Source of the DNA: Calditrichales bacterium
GTDB lineage: Bacteria; Calditrichota; Calditrichia; Calditrichales; J004
NCBI GenBank assembly: GCA_965267575.1
Contig: OZ254086.1
Location: forward strand, 1,376,001-1,440,000
Direction of reading: 5' to 3'
DNA length: 64,000 nt
Within the stretch, counting starts at the first letter, position 1, and the number at the start of each line of letters is the position of its first letter. Positions 19,465-28,920 of this stretch are shown here, piece after piece. The notes under the pieces were generated by a model. That model was not told where the DNA came from. It made no database searches and saw nothing but the letters and a program-made list of their open reading frames with translations. A program made the position numbers and the translations under genes.

Positions 19465-21249
19465 ATGGCCTCAATAAGCAAAACAACAAAACGGACTATG
19501 AAAGATCAAAACGATCAAAATATTGTCCTTGAAGGAATTACGGCTTCGGAAGGAATCTCGATCGGCCGGATCGTCGTTTATCGCACCGATTTTGACGACG
19601 TAACCCGTTATGATATTTCCGACGATGAGATCGAAGAGGAACTGGAACGATACCACGCTGCTGTGGAAGAGATAAATGCTGTTTTCAAGGAGAACAAGTC
19701 CCGCGTCGAATCTGAGATAGGCGAAGAGAGCGCCCGGATCTATGATGCCTACCTGCTCATCCTGAGTGATCCCTTTTTTCAGCAGGAGATCCCCGATGCC
19801 ATAGAACAGGAAAAGACCAACGCCGAAGCGGTGATACTTTCGCATCTGCGCCGCTATGAAAAGCACTTTACCGACGTAAAAAACGAGTATCTGCGCGAAC
19901 GTATCGGCGACATCCGCGGCATAAGCCGGCGTATTATTTATCATCTTTTGCAGAGCGAATCACAATCAGGCACCTCCGGCAGGACCGCGCGTATTGTGGT
20001 GGCCCGTGAACTAACCCCGGCAGACAGCATCCACTTTCACCACAAAAGCCTGCACGGGATCATAACGGAATATGGCGGAAAAACCAGTCATGCCGCCATT
20101 CTGGCCCGCTCCATAGAAGTACCCGCCCTGGTCGGTGTTAAAAATCTTCTCAAGCACGCGCAAAACGATCAAAAAGCGATAATTGACGGCGCCACCGGCA
20201 AGATCATCCTCAATCCCGATGAACGCTGGCTGAAGATCTATGAGGACAAAAAGCAGGATTTTCTTAAACGTAAAAAAGACCTTTACGGGCTGATTGACAG
20301 GCCCCTTAAAAAAATCGGATCGCGCTGCATACGTCTGTTGGCCAATATCAACGAGCCTGGTGAGGTGGAAGCTGCCCTGCGCTACAAAGCGGATGGTGTT
20401 GGTCTCTACCGTACGGAATTGCAGTTTGTGGCCCGCGAACGGTTTCTTACCGAAGAGGAGCAGTTTGCGCTCTACAAAGATTGCGTTGAAAAGTTTAACG
20501 GCAGCGAAGTGGTAATACGCATTCTGGATCTCGGCGGCGATAAGTTTTTACCGTTTTCCGACCTGCAACGCGAGGCCAATCCGTTTCTGGGCTGGCGCTC
20601 CGTGCGCATTCTGCTAAGTGAAACAGAGATTTTCAAGCATCAACTAAAAGCTATTTTCCGGGCCGCGGCATACGGCAAAGCCAAAATCCTGATCCCGATG
20701 ATCTCGAGCAAAGAAGAGATCATTGCCTGCAAGGAAATTATTCGTGAATCCCTGGCCGAACTAGAAGCCGACAAAATTAAACACGATCCCAATGTCGAGA
20801 TAGGCGTGATGATCGAAATACCGTCGGCGGCTATCCTGATCAGCTATCTGATTGAGGAGATCGATTTTGTAAGCATCGGCACCAACGATCTTATTCAATA
20901 CACGCTGGCCGTGGATCGCAACAACGAAAAAGTGGCGCATTTTTACCAGCCGCTAAATCCTGCCGTGCTTAATCTCATTTACAAGGTGGCCAAGGAGTGC
21001 CGGCACCATGGTAAGGGTCTCTCAGTGTGCGGTGAAATGGCCGGTGATCCGTTGTATACACAGTTGCTGCTGGCCCTCGGCGTTGATGATCTGAGCATGC
21101 AGCCTTCGTCAATCCCCGAAATCAAGAACATAATCCTCAACACCGAACCCCGCGTGCTGAAAGAGATCGAGAAGCGCATGTTATCTTACTGCTCGATCGA
21201 TACATTACGCGATTTTCTGGCCCGCGAAATGGAAAAAGCCAACCGCTGA
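19465..21249 (+). CDS. ptsI: Phosphoenolpyruvate-protein phosphotransferase (PTS enzyme I)
   Basis: GGKTSHAAILARS (phospho-His), GVGLYRTE, NPFLGWR, SIGTNDLIQYTLAVDR and SVCGEMAG. Start is 19465 or 19498. Confidence 0.93.
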   Translation: MASISKTTKRTMKDQNDQNIVLEGITASEGISIGRIVVYRTDFDDVTRYDISDDEIEEELERYHAAVEEINAVFKENKSRVESEIGEESARIYDAYLLILSDPFFQQEIPDAIEQEKTNAEAVILSHLRRYEKHFTDVKNEYLRERIGDIRGISRRIIYHLLQSESQSGTSGRTARIVVARELTPADSIHFHHKSLHGIITEYGGKTSHAAILARSIEVPALVGVKNLLKHAQNDQKAIIDGATGKIILNPDERWLKIYEDKKQDFLKRKKDLYGLIDRPLKKIGSRCIRLLANINEPGEVEAALRYKADGVGLYRTELQFVARERFLTEEEQFALYKDCVEKFNGSEVVIRILDLGGDKFLPFSDLQREANPFLGWRSVRILLSETEIFKHQLKAIFRAAAYGKAKILIPMISSKEEIIACKEIIRESLAELEADKIKHDPNVEIGVMIEIPSAAILISYLIEEIDFVSIGTNDLIQYTLAVDRNNEKVAHFYQPLNPAVLNLIYKVAKECRHHGKGLSVCGEMAGDPLYTQLLLALGVDDLSMQPSSIPEIKNIILNTEPRVLKEIEKRMLSYCSIDTLRDFLAREMEKANR

Positions 21250-21261
21250 AAGGAGTTGATC

Positions 21262-21612
21262 ATGCTGCGCAACCTGGTTCTACGTTTTTTTATTAACGCC
21301 GTGGCCCTGTGGCTGGTGGACGTGATGTTTACCGATATATGGTTCATGGATACGCCGGCGCTTTTCATAACGGCCATTGTTTTCGGATTGCTGAATGCCG
21401 TGATCAAACCGCTGCTGCTCTTTTTTACACTGCCCATCAATTTGCTTACCCTGGGTCTGTTCACGCTTATCATCAACGCGATTGTTCTGGAGCTGGCGGA
21501 TTGGCTTATTGACAGCTTTGTGGTTGACGGCTTCGGAACGGCCATCCTGGCGGCGCTTTTCATAAGCATAATCAGCACTATCCTTAGCAGCTTGTTGAGA
21601 GAAGAACGCTAA
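21262..21612 (+). CDS. 4-TM phage-holin-family membrane protein (YvlD-like)
   Basis: GLLNAVIKPLL-x2-FTLPI-x2-LTLGLFTLIINA signature; AAGGAG RBS. Confidence 0.85.
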   Translation: MLRNLVLRFFINAVALWLVDVMFTDIWFMDTPALFITAIVFGLLNAVIKPLLLFFTLPINLLTLGLFTLIINAIVLELADWLIDSFVVDGFGTAILAALFISIISTILSSLLREER

Positions 21613-21619
21613 TTGCACA

Positions 21620-21703
21620 TTGACCGGGTCAATATTGATGAACGGGTTTATGTCCGTTAAAAAGAGAAAATAATCTTGTAAATCCTGTAATCCCGCTTAA
21701 AAA
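21620..21703. repeat. Degenerate AATCCTGT-type hairpin repeat remnant
   Basis: TAATCTTGTAAATCCTGTAATCCCG tandem motif with a loosely complementary upstream arm (TTGACCGGG...AACGGGTT). Confidence 0.35.
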
Positions 21704-21721
21704 TATTTAGGAGATTGTAAA

Positions 21722-22456
21722 ATGCGCACAGGAAACCCCGCACTTAGTGATAAAACTTTTGCGCTGACCGGTGCTTCGGAGCAGCGTATGACGCTAAACG
21801 GTGTTGTAAACAAAAGCGGCATCATGCTGATGATACTGCTGGTTTGCGCACTCTATGTCTGGAACCGCTTTTTCAGCACGGGCCAGGCGGCCGAAGCCGT
21901 TATGCCCTTTTTATGGGGCGGATTGATTGGCGGGCTTGTTGTAGCGCTGGTTACTGTTTTCAAGCCCCATCTCGCCAAATACACGGCGATACCTTATGCC
22001 GCCCTGGAAGGTCTGGCGCTGGGCGCCATCTCGGCTTTTTTTGAGGCGCGTTATCCGGGCATCGTGTTGCAGGCGGTAGGCCTCACTTTCGCTGTGTTTT
22101 TTAGCCTTTTGGTTGTCTACCGTTCGGGAATGATCAAGGTAACCGAGAACTTTAAAATGATGGTGGTCGCGGCCACCGGCGGCATTTTTGTGGTCTACAT
22201 GATCAGCTTTGTCATGTCCTTTTTTGGCAGTTCGATTCCGTTTATCCATGAAGGGGGCATTATAGGTATTGGTTTCAGTTTGTTTGTAGTGGCTATTGCC
22301 GCACTCAACCTGGTTTTGGATTTTGACTTTATCGAAAAAGGTGTGGAACGCGGTGCTCCACAGTACATGGAATGGTATGGGTCTTTCGCGTTGCTGGTGA
22401 CGCTGGTGTGGCTGTATTTGGAGATTCTGCGCCTGCTGGCAAAGACGCGCCGCTGA
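21722..22456 (+). CDS. Bax inhibitor-1/YccA-like membrane protein
   Basis: RTGNP, YAALEG, LVLDFDFIE-x-GV-x2-GAP-x-YMEW and LVWLYLEILRLL. Confidence 0.88.
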   Translation: MRTGNPALSDKTFALTGASEQRMTLNGVVNKSGIMLMILLVCALYVWNRFFSTGQAAEAVMPFLWGGLIGGLVVALVTVFKPHLAKYTAIPYAALEGLALGAISAFFEARYPGIVLQAVGLTFAVFFSLLVVYRSGMIKVTENFKMMVVAATGGIFVVYMISFVMSFFGSSIPFIHEGGIIGIGFSLFVVAIAALNLVLDFDFIEKGVERGAPQYMEWYGSFALLVTLVWLYLEILRLLAKTRR

Positions 22457-22497
22457 CTGTGAGTAAATCAATAAATTTTTAAATCTTAGGAAGAGAA

Positions 22498-23694
22498 ATG
22501 AAAATATTATCGCAACGCGGCATGGAAATGCCTTCATCGCCCATTCGTCGCCTGGTGCCATTTGCCGACCAGGCATTGGCCGCGGGTAAGCACGTTTATT
22601 ATCTCAATATCGGCCAGCCGGATATAAAAACGCCCGAGCAGTTTTTACACCCCATAAAAAATATGGATATGCCTGTTGTGGCCTATGGCCCCTCGGCCGG
22701 GTACCTCTCGCTGCGCAAGAAGTTTGCAGAATACTATCGCAAAAATGACATAAACGTCGATGCCGAAAATATCCTGATTACCACCGGCGGCAGCGAGGCG
22801 ATCATTTTTACTTTAATGGCCATAACAGACCCCGGTGATGAGGTCATCATTCCCGAGCCGTTTTATACCAATTACAACGGCTTTGCGGTGGAGGCCGGTG
22901 TTAAAGTTGTGCCCATTCCATCTACCATTGAAGAAGATTTTCAGCTTCCGCCGATCAGCAGCATCCGCGAAAAGATCAACAAGCGCACCCGCGCCATCAT
23001 GATCTGCAACCCCAACAATCCCACCGGCTACGTTTACTCGCGGGGAGAAATGGAGGCTCTGCGTGATATCGTCAAAGAGCACGATCTGTTTCTGCTGACC
23101 GACGAGGTCTACCGTGAATTTGTTTATGACGGCCGCAAGCATGTTTCAGCGATGCATTTCCCGGAGATCAGCGACCGCGTGGTGATGCTGGACAGTGTTT
23201 CCAAGCGCTACTCGGCCTGCGGCGCGCGCATCGGGATGATCGTTTCGCGCAACATGGAAGTCATTGAATCCGCACTAAAGTTCGGTATGGCGCGATTGTG
23301 TCCTCCCAGTATTGAGCAAATCGGAGCGGAGGCAGCGGTAGATACGCCACAGAGCTATTTTGATGAAGTGATCGCCGAATATACGCAACGCCGTAATACC
23401 ATGGTTTCATTGCTGAAAGAGATTCCCGGTGTGATTTGTCCTGACGTGCGCGGGGCGTTTTACCTGGTGGCCCAACTGCCCGTGGATGATGCCGACCGTT
23501 TTTGCCAATGGCTGCTTACCGATTTCCACGTGAACAACGAAACAGTAATGATGGCACCGGCCAACGGTTTTTACAGCACACCCAACATCGGCCAAAACCA
23601 GGTGCGCATTGCTTACGTGCTGAACATCGAGTCGATCAAAAAGGCTATGCATATCCTCGCCGAAGGCCTGAAGGTTTATCCCGGACGCGCATAG
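22498..23694 (+). CDS. PLP-dependent aminotransferase class I/II (aspartate aminotransferase-like)
   Basis: NIGQPD, CNPNNPTG, DEVYREF and SVSKRYSACGARIG. Confidence 0.92.
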   Translation: MKILSQRGMEMPSSPIRRLVPFADQALAAGKHVYYLNIGQPDIKTPEQFLHPIKNMDMPVVAYGPSAGYLSLRKKFAEYYRKNDINVDAENILITTGGSEAIIFTLMAITDPGDEVIIPEPFYTNYNGFAVEAGVKVVPIPSTIEEDFQLPPISSIREKINKRTRAIMICNPNNPTGYVYSRGEMEALRDIVKEHDLFLLTDEVYREFVYDGRKHVSAMHFPEISDRVVMLDSVSKRYSACGARIGMIVSRNMEVIESALKFGMARLCPPSIEQIGAEAAVDTPQSYFDEVIAEYTQRRNTMVSLLKEIPGVICPDVRGAFYLVAQLPVDDADRFCQWLLTDFHVNNETVMMAPANGFYSTPNIGQNQVRIAYVLNIESIKKAMHILAEGLKVYPGRA

Positions 23695-23695
23695 C

Positions 23696-24295
23696 GTGCA
23701 GTTGCGACTCTTCCTTTCCGTTATTCCGCTGTTTGTGATTCTGCTTTTGGCGCCGGAGGGCATTTATGCTCAGCGCATTTCGCTGGAGGTGGAACGCGAT
23801 ACGGTCTATTATGCTGTCTTTGGCGAAGACCGTGCCGAGATTTACCACTGGCTCCGGAAAAACGGCCCCCAGGCCAACGGCACAAGGGCCGCGGCTCTGC
23901 TAAACTATGCCATTGGCTGGGACGTGGAGTACGGCGGCTTTAACGAGGGTAATTACACAATCCGCTCCGGCCGCGTTAAGCTGCATATGACATGGACCTT
24001 CCCCTTTTGGGCATCCTACGATAAAACCGATGACCCGTCACTCAGGTCTCAATGGGATGATTTTTACAAATCACTGGAAAGGCACGAGGACGGCCATAAA
24101 AAGATCGTGTTGGAACATGCCGGCCGCCTTGTAGATTTGCTGAAGGATTATACTGAAAGCGACAAAGTCAGATTCAGCGAAATACTTGAAGAAAAAGCCA
24201 ATGCCATCATCGATGCCTGCGAAAGGGAAAACAATGCCTATGATAATGACACATCCTACGGCAAAGAGCAGGGCGGCATCTGGCTGATTAAGTAA
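23696..24295 (+). CDS. DUF922-like secreted Zn-dependent protease
   Basis: Signal peptide; W-x2-F-x3-L-x2-HEDGH (HExxH); YD-x2-T-x2-G-x2-QG C-terminus. Confidence 0.75.
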   Translation: MQLRLFLSVIPLFVILLLAPEGIYAQRISLEVERDTVYYAVFGEDRAEIYHWLRKNGPQANGTRAAALLNYAIGWDVEYGGFNEGNYTIRSGRVKLHMTWTFPFWASYDKTDDPSLRSQWDDFYKSLERHEDGHKKIVLEHAGRLVDLLKDYTESDKVRFSEILEEKANAIIDACERENNAYDNDTSYGKEQGGIWLIK

Positions 24296-24318
24296 AGTTC
24301 TCCTTCACTGAGGAAATA

Positions 24319-24344
24319 GATCCCGGCGCGGGGGCCGGGATGAC
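24319..24344. repeat. REP-like palindrome (GTC-prefixed), probable terminator between convergent genes
   Basis: ATCCCGGC-gcgggg-GCCGGGAT followed by GAC; minus strand reads GTCATCCCGGC...GCCGGGATC. Confidence 0.6.
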
Positions 24345-24362
24345 ACGTATGTCGTTCCGATA

Positions 24363-24992
24363 TTATTCTAATAATGGCTTCAACACCTCCCACACATTTT
24401 CAGCCACAATCACGTGGCCGGCGGCGTTGGGGTGAATGCCATCGGGCAGGTTTAGTTCTTTAAAGCCGCCGACATCCTTCAGCAAAAAGGGTATCAATTT
24501 TGTATCGGCCTCTTTGGCTACCTGTGGATAAACCTGCCTGAATTCCTTCGTGTATTCCGGACCCAGGTTGGGTGGTATCTGCATGCCGGCTAAAACGACC
24601 GTAACACCCGGGTTTTTTGCGCGTACCTTTTCAACAATCTCAAAGAGGTTTTGGCGCGTTACATTCAGCCCGATGCCGCGCAGGCCGTCGTTGCCGCCCA
24701 GGGCCAGGATGAAAATATCCACGGGTTGGCGCAGCAGCCAGTCGATGCGACGCAACCCGCCGCTGGTTGTCTCGCCACTGAGACCCGCGTTGACCACCTT
24801 GTAATTCAAACCGAGCGAATCGATTTTGTGTTGCAGGTGCGCGGGATAAGCCTGCTCTGTGGAAAGACCGTAGCCGGCGGTAATGCTGTTGCCGAGGATC
24901 AGAATATTTTTTGTTTTGGCGGAGTTTGTATCCTGCGCGCCGCAAAGCGCATAAAAGAGTAACAGAAACGAGATTAAAACAGAACTGCGCAT
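24363..24992 (-). CDS. tesA: SGNH/GDSL arylesterase (TesA-like)
   Basis: GNSITAGYGL, NAGLSGETT, LGGNDGLRG and DGIHPN; divergent from ybbAP as in E. coli. Confidence 0.85.
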   Translation of the reverse strand: MRSSVLISFLLLFYALCGAQDTNSAKTKNILILGNSITAGYGLSTEQAYPAHLQHKIDSLGLNYKVVNAGLSGETTSGGLRRIDWLLRQPVDIFILALGGNDGLRGIGLNVTRQNLFEIVEKVRAKNPGVTVVLAGMQIPPNLGPEYTKEFRQVYPQVAKEADTKLIPFLLKDVGGFKELNLPDGIHPNAAGHVIVAENVWEVLKPLLE

Positions 24993-25080
24993 GGTCGGGT
25001 TATCCTTTCGCTGGAATCGAATCGATGATTTCACAATCTAAGATGATCAGGACCTTTCAGCCACAGACGGAGCAAAAAAT

Positions 25081-25782
25081 ATGAAAGCCATTCTTGCCCT
25101 GAAAGCAATCGAAAAACGCTTTGAGAGCGCCGGGCGCTCATTACAGGTTCTCAACGACATCTCTTTTGAGATTGATCCCAAAACAAGCTGCGCCATTGTC
25201 GGCCCATCCGGCAGCGGCAAAACCACGCTGCTGGGAATTTGTGCAGGCTTGGAACGTCCCAGTTCGGGAAAAATTTCCCTGGCCGGTATGGAAATCAACA
25301 ACAAAAGCGAGGATGAGCTGGCCGCTCTGCGCAACCAGAAGGTCGGCTTTGTTTTCCAGAACTTCCAGCTGATGCCCACGTTGACCGCACTTGAAAATGT
25401 GATGGTACCGGCGGAGTTGCTGCAGCGCGATAATCCCCGTGAACGCGCCGTTGAGCTTTTGGGCCGCGTCGGGCTGGAGGACCGCCTCGATCATTATCCC
25501 GTTCAGCTCTCCGGCGGTGAGCAGCAGCGTGTGGCTTTAGCCCGCGCCTTTATCAACCAACCGGAAATACTTTTTGCCGATGAGCCCACCGGTAACCTCG
25601 ATGATGAAACCAGCCACACCGTGGAAGAGCTCCTTTTTGATTTGAACAGCACACAGGGCACAACCCTGATCCTTGTAACCCACGACCTGGAGCTGGCCCG
25701 GCGCTGTGACCGCGTGATCCGGCTGAAGGGTGGCCACATCGAAGAAGACACCCGTTCCGTGGAGCAGGAAAACTATGTCTGA
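25081..25782 (+). CDS. ybbA: ABC transporter ATP-binding protein (YbbA-like)
   Basis: GPSGSGKT, LSGGEQQR, FADEPTGNLD and LVTHD. Confidence 0.88.
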   Translation: MKAILALKAIEKRFESAGRSLQVLNDISFEIDPKTSCAIVGPSGSGKTTLLGICAGLERPSSGKISLAGMEINNKSEDELAALRNQKVGFVFQNFQLMPTLTALENVMVPAELLQRDNPRERAVELLGRVGLEDRLDHYPVQLSGGEQQRVALARAFINQPEILFADEPTGNLDDETSHTVEELLFDLNSTQGTTLILVTHDLELARRCDRVIRLKGGHIEEDTRSVEQENYV

Positions 25783-28303
25783 TAAAATATCCTGGTCCTG
25801 GGCGGCACGCATGGCCTGGCGCGACAGTCGCAGCCGCCGCGGACGCTTTTTGCTTTTTGTCTCCTCCATCATGGTGGGCATTGCCGCGCTGGTTGCCATC
25901 GATTCTTTTCGCATTAACCTGGACGCCGCCGTAAATGAAGAGGCCAAAACCCTGCTCGGCGCCGACCTGGTGCTGCGTTCCAACCGCGCTTTTAATTATA
26001 ATGTAAACACCTTTTTGGACACCCTCTCCAACCCGGTCGTCCGTGAGATCAGCTTCAGCACGATGATCTACTTCCCGAAAACCGGGAACAGCCGCCTGGG
26101 ACGTCTGCGCGCCATCGAAGAGGGGTTTCCCTTTTACGGCTCGGTGAAAACCAATCCCGTGGGCGTGTATGAAAAGCTGGGCCAAAGCAATCATGTCTTG
26201 ATTGATGAAACGATGCTGGTGCAATACGACGCGCAACCGGGCGACACCGTGCGCATCGGCTACAGTACCTTTGAAATTGGCGGAGCTGTAAAGGCGGTCT
26301 CCGGCGAAACCGCTGCCGGTTCTACCATCGCGCCAATGGTGTTTTTACCCATGAGCGAGGTAGACAAAACCGGGCTGCTGCAATTCGGCTCCATCGCCAT
26401 TTACCGCGCCTACATCAAGTCGACCCCCGGACAGGACATAGATGCCTTTGTGGCGGCCAACGAAAATTTCTTTAAGGAAAACAGCGTCCGTTACCGCACC
26501 GTTGAATCACGCAAGCGCCAGTTGGGCCGGGTGATTGACAACCTCAACGCCTTTCTCAGCCTGATCGGTTTTTTTGCTCTGTTGCTTGGCGGCATCGGCG
26601 TGGCCAGCGCGGTGAATGTGCACGTGCGCCAGAAGCTGGACAGCGTAGCGATATTGCGTTCACTGGGAGGGGGCGCCTGGCAGGTCTTTGCCATCTACCT
26701 GATTCAAACGCTTTCTTTTGGATTTATCGGCGCGCTACTCGGTGTGGCCTTTGGCGTGGCCGTTCAGTTTGGCCTGCCGCTCATTTTCCAGAACTTTTTG
26801 CCGGTAACGGTGAACGTTTTTGTCGTGCCGTCGGCCTTGCTGCAGGGCCTGTTTGCCGGATTTTTTATGACCAGCCTGTTTACATTACTGCCGCTGGTTT
26901 CCCTGCGTCGCGTGCCGCCGTTGCGCAGTCTGCGTGCTTCGTACGAGGGCGAAAAAAACCGTGACCCGCTGCAATACCTTGTTCTTGTTTTACTGGGATT
27001 GTTTTTTCTGGCCTTTGTGGCCCTGCAGGTGAACAACTGGCAAACGGGCATCGTCTTTAGCCTGGCGTTACTTGTTGCCATCATTTTGTTCGGCTACAGC
27101 GCCCGTTTTGTAGTGCGACTGATCCGGCGCTTTTTCCCCAAGAGCTGGCCTTATGCCTGGCGCCAGGGTCTGGCCAACCTTTACCGTCCCAACAATCAAA
27201 GCTCTATTTTGATTTTATCACTGGGACTGGGTGCTTTCCTGATCAGTACGATGTTTTTGACACAGGACGCGCTGTTGCGCCAGGTCTCTTTCAGCGACGA
27301 AGGCGAGCGCCCCAACTTGGTGCTGTTCGATGTGCAAAGTGACCAGATTCAGGCCGTGGAAGATACACTACAATCTCGCGGATTACCGCTGCTACAGCAG
27401 GCGCCGATTGTGACCATGCGTTTGCAGGAAGTGCGTGATGAAGACGTGGTAGAGATGCGCAAAGACACCACCGACCGCTATGAAAAATGGGTTCTGAACA
27501 ACGAGCTGCGTGTGACCTACCGTGACTACCTGCAAGAGTCAGAAGAGCTGGTGGAAGGCAGTTTTCCGCGCACGGGCAGCGATACCATCTTCGTCTCCGT
27601 GGCCGATGGCCTGGTGGACGCGCTGGACCTGAAACTGGGCGATCGCATTGTCTACGATGTGCAGGGTGTACCCCTGGAAACCTACGTGGGCAGCATCCGC
27701 CGCGTAAACTGGCAGCAGTTCTCGCCCAACTTTCTCACCGTGTTTCCGCCGGGAGTGCTGGAAGCAGCGCCACAGTTTCACGTGGTTGTGACCCGGGTTT
27801 CTCCGCGTGAAAAAGCCGCCCAATTTCAACGGGCCATGGTGCAGGCTTTTCCCAATGTCTCTATCATAGACCTGGCGCTGGTGCTGCAAACCGTGGAAAA
27901 CGTGCTGGACCAGATCAGTTTTGTTATCCGTTTTATGGCCTCGTTTACAATCCTTACCGGCGTCATTGTTCTGATTGGCGCGTTGACAATAAGTCGTTTT
28001 CAGCGATTGACGGAGAGTGTCCTGCTGCGTACGCTGGGCGCCTCGAAGCAGATAGTGCGTCGCATTATGACGCTGGAGTATGTCTTTTTGGGAAGCCTGG
28101 CCGCGCTGCTGGGTATTTTAATGGCGCTGGCCACAAGCGCGCTGTTTACGGTGACGGTGTTTGATGTATTGTTCCAGCCGCCCTGGCTGGAGTTGGGTGG
28201 TTTGTTCGCGGCCCTTTGTCTGCTGACCGTCGCCATCGGCTGGCTCAACAGCCGCGGGATATTTGACCGCTCGCCGCTGGAAGTGCTAAGGCAGGAGGCG
28301 TAG
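25775..28303 (+). CDS. ybbP: ABC transporter permease (YbbP/FtsX-MacB type)
   Basis: AWRDSR, LLGADL, EEGFPFYG and PNLVLFDVQ; two FtsX-like TM blocks; start overlaps the ybbA stop. Confidence 0.88.
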   Translation: MSDKISWSWAARMAWRDSRSRRGRFLLFVSSIMVGIAALVAIDSFRINLDAAVNEEAKTLLGADLVLRSNRAFNYNVNTFLDTLSNPVVREISFSTMIYFPKTGNSRLGRLRAIEEGFPFYGSVKTNPVGVYEKLGQSNHVLIDETMLVQYDAQPGDTVRIGYSTFEIGGAVKAVSGETAAGSTIAPMVFLPMSEVDKTGLLQFGSIAIYRAYIKSTPGQDIDAFVAANENFFKENSVRYRTVESRKRQLGRVIDNLNAFLSLIGFFALLLGGIGVASAVNVHVRQKLDSVAILRSLGGGAWQVFAIYLIQTLSFGFIGALLGVAFGVAVQFGLPLIFQNFLPVTVNVFVVPSALLQGLFAGFFMTSLFTLLPLVSLRRVPPLRSLRASYEGEKNRDPLQYLVLVLLGLFFLAFVALQVNNWQTGIVFSLALLVAIILFGYSARFVVRLIRRFFPKSWPYAWRQGLANLYRPNNQSSILILSLGLGAFLISTMFLTQDALLRQVSFSDEGERPNLVLFDVQSDQIQAVEDTLQSRGLPLLQQAPIVTMRLQEVRDEDVVEMRKDTTDRYEKWVLNNELRVTYRDYLQESEELVEGSFPRTGSDTIFVSVADGLVDALDLKLGDRIVYDVQGVPLETYVGSIRRVNWQQFSPNFLTVFPPGVLEAAPQFHVVVTRVSPREKAAQFQRAMVQAFPNVSIIDLALVLQTVENVLDQISFVIRFMASFTILTGVIVLIGALTISRFQRLTESVLLRTLGASKQIVRRIMTLEYVFLGSLAALLGILMALATSALFTVTVFDVLFQPPWLELGGLFAALCLLTVAIGWLNSRGIFDRSPLEVLRQEA

Positions 28304-28503
28304 TCCGGACTGCGATTCGTGTGATGGAATGATTTTGTGATTAGAATAAGGCCCAATCAGAGTCCGTCATGTAATCATCAAAATCATAGTTTATGACAAT
28401 TACCCCTGTCTGAACTATGATTCGTATGATGGTGTGATTTTGTGATTAGAAGATTTACAAAATCATAGTCCATCACATAATCCAAAAAATCAAGGTTCAG
28501 ACA
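28302..28503. repeat. Hairpin-repeat doublet A+B (28302-28398 and 28407-28503)
   Basis: Each unit has inverted ends of the TGTCTGAACTATGATT...AATCATAGTTCAGACA type (unit A is more degenerate), internal TGATGG or CCATCA/CCGTCA and TGTGATT/AATCA arms; 8-nt linker ATTACCCC. Confidence 0.9.
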
Positions 28504-28888
28504 ATTTTCTTTGCACCCGCTTAAACTGCAAACTCCTGCTGCCGAAATTAATCAATAGTCCTACTTCCATATTATACGCTTCCAGGTAGTTAATCGCTTG
28601 CGCCAGGTGTACATGTTCCAGTTGAATAATAGCTTTTAGCTCAACCATTATCTTGTCATCAACAAAAAAATCAACCCGTCGTGTGCCGATGTTTTGATCA
28701 TCATAATAAATGGGCATTTCCATCTCACGCTCAAAAGAAAGCCCCTGCTTGGTCATCTCAATCGCAAGGGCGCGCTGATAGATGACCTCCTGAAATCCAT
28801 TGCCCAACGTTGAATGCACTTTCATCGCGCAGCCAATGATTCTGGATGTTAAGTCGGAGTATTTGTATTCCGGGTTAATGTTACTCAT
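28490..28888 (-). CDS. GxxExxY protein (PD-(D/E)xK nuclease superfamily)
   Basis: IIGCAMKVHSTLGNGFQEVIYQRAL (GxxExxY), RVDFFVDDKIMVELKA and AQAINYL-x7-GLLINFG; start set at MSNINPEYKY. Confidence 0.92.
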   Translation of the reverse strand: MSNINPEYKYSDLTSRIIGCAMKVHSTLGNGFQEVIYQRALAIEMTKQGLSFEREMEMPIYYDDQNIGTRRVDFFVDDKIMVELKAIIQLEHVHLAQAINYLEAYNMEVGLLINFGSRSLQFKRVQRKLSEP

Positions 28889-28920
28889 GTGTCTAAACTT
28901 TGATTGTTGGTTGAAGCATT

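Noticed and set aside
21262-21612. Prophage suggested by a holin-family gene
   Set aside because: The YvlD-type family is commonly chromosomal, and no phage structural, lysin or integrase genes are nearby.
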